Source: Nitrosopumilus sp.
GTDB taxonomy: Archaea; Thermoproteota; Nitrososphaeria; Nitrososphaerales; Nitrosopumilaceae
Assembly (NCBI GenBank): GCA_963662625.1
Contig: OY759726.1
Coordinates: 1,632,001 to 1,696,000 of the forward strand
DNA: 64,000 bases
Direction of reading: 5' to 3'
In this document: in pieces, positions 42,241 to 51,976 of the stretch
Numbering within the stretch: the first letter of the stretch is position 1
Layout of the letters: every line of letters starts with the position of its first letter
Made by a program: the position numbers and the translations under genes
Notes under the pieces: model-generated
Database searches by the model: none
Told to the model about the DNA's origin: nothing
The model's input: only the letters and a program-made list of their open reading frames with translations

Positions 42241-43283
42241 TGTAGTATATGAAAAGTCGGTCCGCTAGTCATCCGCCTCCGCCTCCATCCATCCCGGGTT
42301 GCTCTCCCTGATCGCTGCCACGGCCTCCTTGTCATGGAAGGCCTTCAGCGGGGCCTGGTAGTTGTCGATGTCCGGGGAGAAGTGCAGCCTGTCCTCGTTG
42401 TAGTACGCCATGTACTCGGACATGCTCTCGTAGTGCCATGTCTCGTCCTCCACGCTCCGGAAGAACCTCTCGATCTTCCCGTTGGTCTGGGGGTGGTGCG
42501 GCCTGGAGTTTATGAGCTCGATCCCGAGGCCCGGCAGCTCCGCCTCGAACGCGGTGGGCTTCCACGGCCGGGGAGGGGCCTTCCTGCGGCCGTTCCGGCC
42601 CACGAGGCACGAGCCGTTGTCGGAGAGCACGGTGGCCGGCGTGCCGAACCGCCCGATCGCGTCCCTGAGCGCCAGCACGGCGTTCTCCGACGTGGCCTGC
42701 GTGAACACGCGCGCGGCCACCGCGCACCGCGAGGCGTCGTCCAGGTACGCGACCAGCTGGAGGCCCCTGAACCGGGGGTCCTTCATCTCGTGCCAGTCGA
42801 CGTGCCACATGGCGTTCGAGTATTTGCGCTCGTAGCGCACCCACTTGCGCCTCCTCGATTTTGCGGCAGACGCGGCCACCGCCCCGGCCTTCTTCAATAT
42901 CCGGTATACGGAGCAGTAGCTTATATCATGGTCCCTCCTGAGGCGCCTCGCGGTGCGCACCACGCCTGCAGGGCGCCTCCCGTGGGCGCCGGTGACCAGC
43001 CGTATCATGGCGGCGGTCATGCAGGCGCGCGGCCTGCCCATCCTCGCCGCCGCCGCTCCGGTCCCCGGGAACCTCGCCCGCGGCCCCCGCACGTGCCTGG
43101 CGGCGATTCCCAGATCCCGCGCCACTTGGGATGACGGCACGTTCCTCTCTCGCTGCCTGACCAGGTACTTCCGGGACCCCCCAGCAAGTCTTTCTGTCAT
43201 GGCCTTCCGTGATCGGTACAGCCTAAAATAGTCGGCTACCGTCCTCTTGATCCGGTGCGGACCGACTTTCCGTACAATTGACA
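42241..43283 (-). mobile_element. IS481-family element, transposase 42265-43200
   Basis: TGT...ACA ends with inner aaagtcggtccgc, rve motifs WHVD, SDNG, PQTNGKIERF; 13-bp flanking repeat gtattc(g/a)ggtatg. Confidence 0.88.
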
Positions 43284-43397
43284 GTATTCAGGTATGGGGT
43301 CACGTATGCTGACCTTTTAATCAACACGGCGCGATCATGCTGATCCGTATGGCAGGAGGTGTCAGTACGTGCGTGGCAAGGCGCAGAACGACCAAGC

Positions 43398-43705
43398 AGC
43401 TGGAGGGCCTGCTGGCATGAGCGCTCTACTATATCTACTCAAGTCAAAATACAAGGAGGCGGTGGCAGAAGCCAGGAGGCTCCAGGCCCGCCTCGCGCAC
43501 CACGGGAACGCCCACTCCCCGCCGCCGCCCAAGTCGCTGGAATGGAAGGAAGCCCTGCGGGCGAGGAGGAAGGCCCGGAAGGTGGCGCCGGAAGGGGGCG
43601 GCGGCAGGGCCCCCGCCGGGAGGCCCGGCGGGCAGCCGGGGCACCGCGGAGCGTCCTGTGGGCACACGCCGGGGTGCACGGCGTGCCACGGGTTCGAGGG
43701 GGACA
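43398..43705 (+). pseudogene. IS66-family transposase N-terminal remnant
   Basis: RLAHHGNAHSPP and PGGQPGHRG motifs. Confidence 0.6.
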
Positions 43706-43847
43706 CCCTGCGCCGGGTTTTGCGTGGCAAGGCACGCCGGAGGGAAGCCTCTGATCCCCACGCACATTTGATCGCCGCCATGCGGCTGGATCGCCTTGCG
43801 GCAGTATGGAAAAAATTAATACCACATAGAAGTATTATTTACCGTAC

Positions 43848-44453
43848 ATGAAACTACACAGCTATCTGGAGCAATTGCTTGGTCACAGGACTTCGATCAG
43901 CGTGCTTCGCACCCTGGTAAGGCACAGGGGCAAGATCTTCACCATAAGGAGGCTGGCGAGCGATGCCGGGGTTTCGCATCCCAGCGCGTCTGAAACCGTT
44001 GGAGAACTGGACAAGCTCGGGGTCGTGCAGATCCAGCCGATAGGCAGGTCCCACCAGGTCTCATTAAATGAAAAAAGCCACGTCCTGAAAAAAATCATAG
44101 TGCCGATGTTTGCTGCCGAAGAGCGGACGTTTGGAGAAATGATCCTGGTTCTCAAAAAGCACCTGGGCATAGAAAAAAACATCTCGGCCGCAGTTTTTGG
44201 TAGCGTCTCAAAAGGCCAAGAAAAGGAAGGCAGCGACATTGACGTCCTTGTCATATCGAATGATTTTGACGGTGCCATATCGGCGGCGTCAGACGCGGGG
44301 GAGGATGTCTTTGCAAAATTCCACGGTAAAGTCTCCCCCATCGTATTCTCAGAGTCAGAATTCATGTCGAAAAAGGGAAGCGACCTTGTGCGCTCCATTC
44401 TGGGCAGCCACATCATGATACACGGAAGAAGCTTGGAGGATCTCTTGAAATGA
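43848..44453 (+). CDS. HTH-minimal nucleotidyltransferase (MNT) antitoxin
   Basis: N-terminal wHTH, VFGSVSKG....SDIDVLV. Confidence 0.88.
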   Translation: MKLHSYLEQLLGHRTSISVLRTLVRHRGKIFTIRRLASDAGVSHPSASETVGELDKLGVVQIQPIGRSHQVSLNEKSHVLKKIIVPMFAAEERTFGEMILVLKKHLGIEKNISAAVFGSVSKGQEKEGSDIDVLVISNDFDGAISAASDAGEDVFAKFHGKVSPIVFSESEFMSKKGSDLVRSILGSHIMIHGRSLEDLLK

Positions 44454-44836
44454 GGGGTGTTGATCCCAGCGAGGCGGCAAACTACATCACAAAATCCGAG
44501 GAATTCCTGGAAATGGCCAAACTTGCAGTACAAAATGCAAAGTACAACAGTGCAGCCACCAATGCCGTACACAGTGCCATCAGTGCACTGGAAGCATTGA
44601 CCACGTCGTACAGGGGAAGGCGTGGCTCCGACTATCACGCCGAGGTGCTGTCGCTTGTACGCGGAATCTTCCCCCCTCAGGAATACGGGGAAATCAAGAG
44701 ACAGCTTACCTCAATAATAAACAAAAAGAATGCTGCGGGATACCAGCCGGATCTCATGGGACTCAAGGATGCCCAAGACTCTGTAATGTGGGCAGAAAGA
44801 ATTGTTGGCAAAGCCAAAAAGAAACTGGAGCCGTAA
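44450..44836 (+). CDS. HEPN domain protein
   Basis: KSEEFL..A, RGSDYH; 4-bp overlap with the MNT gene. Confidence 0.82.
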   Translation: MRGVDPSEAANYITKSEEFLEMAKLAVQNAKYNSAATNAVHSAISALEALTTSYRGRRGSDYHAEVLSLVRGIFPPQEYGEIKRQLTSIINKKNAAGYQPDLMGLKDAQDSVMWAERIVGKAKKKLEP

Positions 44837-44934
44837 AAGCCGCGGTTCAACTTAGCGTGTTGGACCCGCCAAGTGACGGCTGAGATGATCCGCAGGCGCC
44901 GTGGGTGGGGGCGGCCTTGTACACTGGACAGGTA

Positions 44935-47040
44935 TCAGCTCCCATCTTGCCCCATCATGTAGTCGATCATCTTTTTCCTGTCATGGACGGGTATGGGAAA
45001 AATCAATGCGGCCAGCAGGTTTTCCTTCACGTTATCTGGCATCACCGTTGTCGGGTTTTCCTCGTTGTTGGATTGGGGCGGCATCCCGTGGGCACGCAAT
45101 ATGGCCGTTGCCCTGGAAAAGGCCTCCCCCGTGCGACCCGCATGAAGTAATGACAATACTGTCGTATCGTATGGTATGCACTCTTCCTTCCTCGGGGGGT
45201 AAATGAGCTTGATGACCCTGTACGCCTCGGGCAGTTGAACGACATGTTCCTCGTCTGCCCTGTAATCCCCCCACGGGCGCCTCATGCCGCGGTCAATTCG
45301 TACCATGGACAGCGGGAGGACCAGGTCGGATATCTTCTGCATGTCAAGGTTCCCATAAAGGAACTCCATCACGTCTGGGATCCTTGCGTCTATGATGCCT
45401 TCTATTTGGAGGGATCCTGCTGATCTTACATGTCCGTCCACGCTCCTTCTTTGGATTACTTTTGCAACGTTCCTCAAAAGGCCAGCATCCTCGTTCCAGA
45501 CAAACCCAGTAGAGTCCTGTGCGTGCTTGTGCTGCCCTCTTTCCAGAGTTACCGATTCCAGGTTGCACCTTATGTCGCCTATCTTTTCGGATCTTATGGA
45601 CGCCATGGCCGCCGCCAACCTGAACTCGGCGGATCCGTCATAAGCGCCCTCTAGCCAATCCCGGCTCAGGTACGGCAACGCCTGGTAGTCCTTCCTTGTT
45701 GACACATACCTCTCGAGCCTCCCTATGTGTACAAGCACGCCTGCCAGTCTTTGATCCTTGCTGGAACAAAACTCCATGATGGCCCCGTCCAGCTTTTGCT
45801 TCAACTGCAGGAGGGACTCTGGCGGGGTCTTCATTTTTTTGATCTTACGGTCTATTCTGTCGTACCACCCGTCGATGTCTTCTAACAGGTTCGCAGTCGG
45901 CTTGTCTTCTACGCGTATTTTATTCGCACTGACTGTCAAGTATGCCTTTCCCTTTCTCTTCAGGATGCAAAACCTCTGGAACGCTGATACCCCCCTCTGC
46001 GAGCCGAACGTCATTATGGCCCGGGCAAACTCCGTTCCGGACCTTGCCTGCCTTTTGCCCATCTGTATCCTCCCCTCGTTGAACATGTGCCTTATCTCGG
46101 GGTATGGCGCAAAATTCTCCCACACTGGCACCCAAACCTCTCCCTTGGATTCTGGAGGCTTCCCTTCTCCCGTGTCTGCCATAGATGGTGTGTCATATCC
46201 TATGTTGGACGTGCCCGCCGTAAACGGGAACATGGCCTTGTTCGTGCTTGACGACAGCTGCCTGGATGTGTTGCCTGCAAAGAGCAGCATGCCTTCCATC
46301 ATGAGGATGTTGTCCCACGGGTTGGACATGGATTTTGTGTTGCCCTTGCCAGTGTGGTCAAAGTTGGGGCCTCCGCCTCCCTCCGTGTTGTGCCCCGGGT
46401 TGGTGTTCTTGCGGAGCTCTGTCGGGCTACCAAACAGCGATGCTTCTAATAGCCTTCTTGATGATTCATGGTCCCCTTCCAGCGCGTCCACGATGGACTT
46501 GGCAAAGTTTTCTGCCATGTCGTAATGCCCGTCGTTTCCACCTGTGCCTAGTATTGGTGAAAAGTCATACTTTTCACCTATGACACATACCGCATCCAGC
46601 CACGGTATGAACTCATCCGGCATGTAGTTCCTGCACATTTTCAGGAGGGCGCCCTTATTTTCATCGACGATTTTCTTTTCCACTTTCTCCACCCCCAGTG
46701 ACATCTTAAACTTTGAAAGCACCATGTCCATCCCCGTCAATGCGCTGCCGTACATGGCATACCTTGATCTGTCTTTTGATGTTAACTCTTTGAGCAATTT
46801 GACGGTTTTTTTATGCGTGTTGTAGCTCCACGGGTTCATTATGGGGGAGGGATCGTACCTTTCTAGCATGTATTGGAGCAGGCCCTCCCTGTCAAGCCCG
46901 GTCTTTATGACGAAACCGTCGTTCTTCCAGCATGCTGTGGTCTTGGGGTCTTCCCTGTGCAGCACCCCAAAAACGCCAATCGCCTTGACGTAGTTGGATA
47001 TCGGCGTTACCCTGCACCCGTCAAGGGAATGTCTGTGCAA
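44935..47040 (-). CDS. csx17: Type I-G Cas8g1/Csx17 large subunit, module 1
   Basis: LGTGGNDG, NPWD....EG..LFAG, GEVWVPVW, EFRLAAA. Confidence 0.88.
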   Translation of the reverse strand: MHRHSLDGCRVTPISNYVKAIGVFGVLHREDPKTTACWKNDGFVIKTGLDREGLLQYMLERYDPSPIMNPWSYNTHKKTVKLLKELTSKDRSRYAMYGSALTGMDMVLSKFKMSLGVEKVEKKIVDENKGALLKMCRNYMPDEFIPWLDAVCVIGEKYDFSPILGTGGNDGHYDMAENFAKSIVDALEGDHESSRRLLEASLFGSPTELRKNTNPGHNTEGGGGPNFDHTGKGNTKSMSNPWDNILMMEGMLLFAGNTSRQLSSSTNKAMFPFTAGTSNIGYDTPSMADTGEGKPPESKGEVWVPVWENFAPYPEIRHMFNEGRIQMGKRQARSGTEFARAIMTFGSQRGVSAFQRFCILKRKGKAYLTVSANKIRVEDKPTANLLEDIDGWYDRIDRKIKKMKTPPESLLQLKQKLDGAIMEFCSSKDQRLAGVLVHIGRLERYVSTRKDYQALPYLSRDWLEGAYDGSAEFRLAAAMASIRSEKIGDIRCNLESVTLERGQHKHAQDSTGFVWNEDAGLLRNVAKVIQRRSVDGHVRSAGSLQIEGIIDARIPDVMEFLYGNLDMQKISDLVLPLSMVRIDRGMRRPWGDYRADEEHVVQLPEAYRVIKLIYPPRKEECIPYDTTVLSLLHAGRTGEAFSRATAILRAHGMPPQSNNEENPTTVMPDNVKENLLAALIFPIPVHDRKKMIDYMMGQDGS

Positions 47041-49359
47041 TCAGTATTTCCCCTCCGCTTCCTTCTGGCTGGCAAGCCAGTCGGCGCGCCGCAGCAATGC
47101 CTCCAGGTATCCCAACCTGAATGGCCCGTACCGCTCCAACAACGCCAAGACCCTTTGCGTCCACGAGGCGCCCGATTCTGTTCCCCCAATACTGGCAAGC
47201 GACATGTCCATCTTGCATCCTTTGATTGACACGGTTTTGCCCTTGAACCCCTGTAGTGTATCGCCCTTTACGTCCATCCCGAGCAGGTATCGGCCTTGCT
47301 GGCGTTCCTTCTTGGACACGCTCCGCAGGGCCATCCTGACCTTGCCGTGGTGGGACATTATGAGGTATGCTATAAGGTCCCGCAACTCGTCGTCCCTGTC
47401 CTGCTTGAGGTATGCCAGTGTGCTGGCCACCTCGTGCCTGAAGCCCGGCCTCTCGTGGCGTGGGTTTTTGCCGGTACTCTTCGGCTTTGCCCACAATTTG
47501 CCTGATGTGCTCGCGTCCGTCATGCTCTTTTGCATGGTGCTCTGGAACACATGGTGCGCCTTTCCGACATCATGGTATCTGGCGGCAGTGAGCAGGGCTT
47601 CCTTGAGACCGTTGTCCAAAAACCTATCTTGCGACAAGAACCGTTCCAACTCGTGCAACACATGCGCCGTGTGGTCGTCCAACTCCACGGGGACAGACGA
47701 TGTGCTCTTATCGCCATCGTGCGAGTCTGGCACCTGGCGCGACGCAGTCACGGGGGCCACGCTTTCCTCCCCGCCGTCCCAGCCCAGCGCCTCTGAATAC
47801 CCCCCGAACTTGCTTTCCAACATGATCGTCTGGCCAGGTAGCACGTCCTTTGCGCGTATTTTATCCCATTTGCGGTCTGCATGGTTCCATATGTACCCGT
47901 GCTTTCTCCCTAGGAACTCCCTGAAACGTCCTATGTGGACGTTGCAGATCTCAGCCGCGTCGGGCTTGTGTTCGTCCTTTACGTCATCCACATGTCTCCA
48001 AAACACGGAGACGTCTAGCTGCTGCTTGGAGGTGCGGACAAACCTAGACACGTCGATGTGGCTGCCTGACAAGTCAGGGGTGGTGTCAAACATGCTCAAA
48101 AGGTCCTTTCGCCGCAGCACGGCATCAAATATTCTTTCACCATCGACTTGTCCCACGTCTGCAGGCGACACTGACTTTTTTTCAAGCTTCTTGAGCTTTG
48201 AGCGCGATAGATCAATGTCGTCGGACTCGTAAGGGCCGTATGATTTGTCGTCCAAGTCCACCCAGTATATCCTTGAGTCCGTATCATCGCCTGTCCTGTT
48301 GCACCTGCCGAACCTTTGTATCATGCTCGGCCACGGGGCGATCTCGGTCACCAGCGTCTTGAACGAAACATCCACCCCGGCTTCTAGCACTTGCGTAGCG
48401 ACCACGATCTGCCCTCCCTTCACGTTGAACTTGCCTAGCCATTCGTTCAACTGCTCCCTCTCCCTTGCCCTGAACCTGGAATGGATTAGCTTGCAACCGT
48501 CCCTCTCTTTTGAGAGGATGCTATACACGTCTTGGGCCCTTTTTACGGTGTTGACGATTATCGCCGTGGGGCCTTCCTTGACTCCTGGGAGGCTTAGCAG
48601 GTTCTGGATGTCGCTTTCCGAGTAGGTGTTCTTCACGGCAGTCTTGGATCTGTGGAGCGTCTTTGCGGCCCTGTTGCGCCGCCTAAGTGGCTCGTCTGCA
48701 TCTTCGTCGCCCAGCCTGTACATCGGCTTGTCCTCACTGCTGTCTACTGTCTTGAGCCACCCTTGGTCGACCGTGGCTGACATCCATACGGATTTGCGTG
48801 GACCGAAAGTCTTGAAGCGGTTTCTGAAATAGTCCAGCTGTATTGACGTGGGGAGGGCGTTTTCCATTATTTGGACCTCGTCCATGACCCACATCGAGTC
48901 GTTGTTGAGCATGCCAAACACGATTGGCCATGTGTATGGGCTGTTACCGTATGCGCGGTTCAGCGCACCGGACACGAGCATGTCCTGCGTTCCTATTATG
49001 ACGTATTCCTTGTTTGGAAGCATCTCCTCTATCCTGTCCTCGCTCCCGCCCATCAGCAGTTCCACGCCGATCCTGCCTTCGAGGCCCAGGTTCTGGAGCC
49101 ATTCGTTGACCCGCTTTTGCGTCTGCTCTGACAGTGTCCTTCTGGGGAGGCAGTAGACGAGCTTTCTTGGAACGTCGTGCCCGCTTACGCGCCTCCACAA
49201 CCACAGGCCGAGTATGGCAGCTTCTGTCTTGCCTGCTCCGGTGGGGACGTTGATTACGGAGGGCATGTCTGACTTGGACAGTATTTTCTGGTACCTGTAT
49301 GGTTTCTCGCCAGTAGCCTTCTTGAAAAACGCGTCAAAGTCTTTGTATGCCCGGCTCAT
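47041..49359 (-). CDS. cas3: Type I-G Cas3 (helicase with C-terminal HD), module 1
   Basis: PTGAGKT, DEVQ, QRFGRCNR, YHDVGK, SHHG; start MSRAYK overlaps the csb2 stop. Confidence 0.93.
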   Translation of the reverse strand: MSRAYKDFDAFFKKATGEKPYRYQKILSKSDMPSVINVPTGAGKTEAAILGLWLWRRVSGHDVPRKLVYCLPRRTLSEQTQKRVNEWLQNLGLEGRIGVELLMGGSEDRIEEMLPNKEYVIIGTQDMLVSGALNRAYGNSPYTWPIVFGMLNNDSMWVMDEVQIMENALPTSIQLDYFRNRFKTFGPRKSVWMSATVDQGWLKTVDSSEDKPMYRLGDEDADEPLRRRNRAAKTLHRSKTAVKNTYSESDIQNLLSLPGVKEGPTAIIVNTVKRAQDVYSILSKERDGCKLIHSRFRAREREQLNEWLGKFNVKGGQIVVATQVLEAGVDVSFKTLVTEIAPWPSMIQRFGRCNRTGDDTDSRIYWVDLDDKSYGPYESDDIDLSRSKLKKLEKKSVSPADVGQVDGERIFDAVLRRKDLLSMFDTTPDLSGSHIDVSRFVRTSKQQLDVSVFWRHVDDVKDEHKPDAAEICNVHIGRFREFLGRKHGYIWNHADRKWDKIRAKDVLPGQTIMLESKFGGYSEALGWDGGEESVAPVTASRQVPDSHDGDKSTSSVPVELDDHTAHVLHELERFLSQDRFLDNGLKEALLTAARYHDVGKAHHVFQSTMQKSMTDASTSGKLWAKPKSTGKNPRHERPGFRHEVASTLAYLKQDRDDELRDLIAYLIMSHHGKVRMALRSVSKKERQQGRYLLGMDVKGDTLQGFKGKTVSIKGCKMDMSLASIGGTESGASWTQRVLALLERYGPFRLGYLEALLRRADWLASQKEAEGKY

Positions 49360-50828
49360 TCCTCGCCCTCCGGCACAAACATGCCGAGCCCGTAGTGTGC
49401 GGCATAGCCCAGGGTTATGGGTCCCCTCACGGCGCTTTTGAACTTTAGCCTCAGGTTGTAGGCAGTGCCGTCGCCCATGCTGCCGTGCCGCCTCCACCTG
49501 AAAAAATCTATTGTCTTCAGGCCCGTGCCCCGTATGTCTGTTTGGAGTTGTTCTATAGCCTCCAGCTCGTATTCCGGCCCGTACCTGTTTTGCACCTCGC
49601 GGCGGATCTGTTCTTCGAGCCCGTCCACTACACGCGCCGTGTTTTTGCGGTACTTGGTGTGCCTTGAGAGGACCAACGGTGTGGACGATACCCATGTCAT
49701 GCTCTTTCCCAGTATCGGTATGTCTGCAAAATTCTCCACGGTCCCGCACCCCTGGAAGGACAGGTTGGCGGTGAACGAGTTGTACCTGTAGATCCTTCTA
49801 AGCGAGAACATCGAGTCAAGCTCGTCCTTGTCGAACTTTCCAAACGCTATGATGGTCAGGTGATCCAAGTTGCGCTGTTGGGTTTCGTAGGTGGGCAGGT
49901 AGAACGCATGCATGTGGTTTGTCAGCGGTTTGCCCTTCCCGTCTTTTCCTGAAAATGTGGTAGATACATCGCCATTTTTGCGTTTCCCGTACCTTGACAT
50001 GCAGGCACTGCGGGCGGTGTCTCCCACCCGTAGCGCGTCCGCAATCCTTGGTTTTACCCTTCCTGCTATGGCGTACCTGACCACCGTAATGTCGGTAAGG
50101 GTGGAGCTTTTGGCCCCGACGGCCGTCTTCTGCATAAAGCAGTTTTTGGGCCTCCAGTATTTCACCCACGTCCCGCATGGCGGGTCTATGTATTTTTTGT
50201 CGTGCAGTACACTTGTGGATACAGTTAGGGAATTGGTGCTTTTGTCGAATCCCGGACCGTGCATGTCCACAAACTGTATGTCTTTGTTTGCCGTCAGCAC
50301 ACGCACGATATCGTTCTCGGCAGTGCCTGCGTCGCCTATGGGTTCGCAGTTATGCTCACAAGCGTCGTTTGATACGGTGGCATCGCACCACGATTCTGCC
50401 CTGCCAAAGTAATGGAGGTTTTTCAGTATCTTGCCAAGCAGTAGTATCTCGTCAGCGCCCAGTGTCGTGCCGTCCCAGATCACCTCCACCGGCCTGTCCC
50501 CCGTCACGACGAACGTGTCTATTATGAGGCTTACGTCACCGTTGGCTTTGGTATAGCCGCTCGACTTCATATAATGCCTGGTGTGGGACACACTGGCATC
50601 TGGAAGGTTGTACTTTGGTGGCTTGTCTGCCAGCTTTTGGATGATGGGCCAGACCTCGTCGTGCCTCAAGTCCGGGAGTGTGTTTTTCCAGGACGCTATT
50701 ATGGCACGCAATAGTCGCCATGACGAGGGCGGCCATTCTGGAATGCCCTCGTTGACATGTTTTCCCCAAGGCGTTGCATGATACGCGCCATTTAGAAACC
50801 GTATCGAGATGGCAACCAGTACGACCAC
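49356..50828 (-). CDS. csb2: Type I-G Csb2 (Cas5/Cas6 fusion), module 1
   Basis: YHATPWGKHVNEGIPEWPPSSWR, YFGRAESW, GPITLGYAAHYGLGMF. Confidence 0.92.
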   Translation of the reverse strand: MVVLVAISIRFLNGAYHATPWGKHVNEGIPEWPPSSWRLLRAIIASWKNTLPDLRHDEVWPIIQKLADKPPKYNLPDASVSHTRHYMKSSGYTKANGDVSLIIDTFVVTGDRPVEVIWDGTTLGADEILLLGKILKNLHYFGRAESWCDATVSNDACEHNCEPIGDAGTAENDIVRVLTANKDIQFVDMHGPGFDKSTNSLTVSTSVLHDKKYIDPPCGTWVKYWRPKNCFMQKTAVGAKSSTLTDITVVRYAIAGRVKPRIADALRVGDTARSACMSRYGKRKNGDVSTTFSGKDGKGKPLTNHMHAFYLPTYETQQRNLDHLTIIAFGKFDKDELDSMFSLRRIYRYNSFTANLSFQGCGTVENFADIPILGKSMTWVSSTPLVLSRHTKYRKNTARVVDGLEEQIRREVQNRYGPEYELEAIEQLQTDIRGTGLKTIDFFRWRRHGSMGDGTAYNLRLKFKSAVRGPITLGYAAHYGLGMFVPEGEE

Positions 50829-51803
50829 CTATTTGCTGGCTTTTGTATTCTTAGGTTTTTGATACTTCACCTTTATTGGATCCCCGAACAACCCGTTGCT
50901 TTTACATTTTTTTATGCACACCTGGACTTGGCCTGTCAGCGTCTCCGAATCCGGTATTTTTATAGGGCCTGAGACTCGGTACTTTCCCTTCGTCTTCAAG
51001 TCACACGCAGTACGTAACCTCAAACCGCCGCTCAAAAAGGACTGGATCTTCCACAATGCCAGTGTAAACAAAAGGTCGTTTGCGGCATCCCCCAGGTTAT
51101 ATGACTTGATTAGGGCCACATCTATGCTGAAAAATGCAGTGATTGTGCTTGCCGTATACTCTGTCTTGTTGTATGGGATGTGGCCAAACCCCGACTTTGC
51201 TCCTTCCTCGCCTCCGCTTGGATCCAGGTGGTCTATTTTGACTCCGCCGCTTACCGCGCGTTTTACGCCCCTGGCCTCGATGAATGCTGACAAGGAACGT
51301 GTCATTTTGTAACGCCCGCCCGCTATGTCTTTCTTGCTCAGGAATACCCCGTGGATTATGGAGTTTGGATCGTAACGCAGTGCGAAGCTCGCAAACTTTT
51401 CAATGTCTACGCTGTGTTCCTTGTCGTCTGTAATGTTCAGTTCTTCCTTTATCATGTCGAAGAATGTTTTGTCCGTGCCCTCCAATATGTATGAGGAGTT
51501 CATGCGGTGCGCCTCGAGCAACGAATTTGTCAAGAATTCGCCCTTCTTATCAACCACTGTAATTACCGGCAGTCCGACAAGCGGTTTTGCCAGGCTTGAT
51601 GACTTGCTGTCCCAACAAACTGCCTCAAGCCCGTTCGCCATGGATTGGGACGATTCTACTAAAAGGCAGTCTACAGGGCTGTCCGACCCCGAAGTAAATT
51701 CGGCCGCACCGAGGTTTGGAAATCCGGTGGGTTGGAAACGTGAGCCCTGTACTGGCTCCAAGTCTACTTCAATTAGTAACCTGTCCTGATCAATTATTTT
51801 CAT
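50829..51803 (-). CDS. csb1: Type I-G Csb1 (Cas7), module 1
   Basis: RFQPTGFPNLG, LLVESSQSMAN, EAHR, LRLRTACDL. Confidence 0.92.
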   Translation of the reverse strand: MKIIDQDRLLIEVDLEPVQGSRFQPTGFPNLGAAEFTSGSDSPVDCLLVESSQSMANGLEAVCWDSKSSSLAKPLVGLPVITVVDKKGEFLTNSLLEAHRMNSSYILEGTDKTFFDMIKEELNITDDKEHSVDIEKFASFALRYDPNSIIHGVFLSKKDIAGGRYKMTRSLSAFIEARGVKRAVSGGVKIDHLDPSGGEEGAKSGFGHIPYNKTEYTASTITAFFSIDVALIKSYNLGDAANDLLFTLALWKIQSFLSGGLRLRTACDLKTKGKYRVSGPIKIPDSETLTGQVQVCIKKCKSNGLFGDPIKVKYQKPKNTKASK

Positions 51804-51872
51804 ACATCGAGTTCTTTTATAGGTATTTAAAAGATCTAGACTCGTTCAGTCTGTTCTGCTGTAATCATGTGT

Positions 51873-51927
51873 GTATAGCAACGATCAAAAGTCCTTGGTA
51901 CTCAAGGACTTTTGATCGTTGCTATAC
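51873..51927. terminator. Perfect 25-bp-stem hairpin at the array trailer end (putative terminator or processing element)
   Basis: gtatagcaacgatcaaaagtccttg-gtact-caaggacttttgatcgttgctatac; function inferred. Confidence 0.55.
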
Positions 51928-51976
51928 GTTACGGAAAGGTACCATATCTACACCCTCGAATCAAGAGTCTCGAGCG

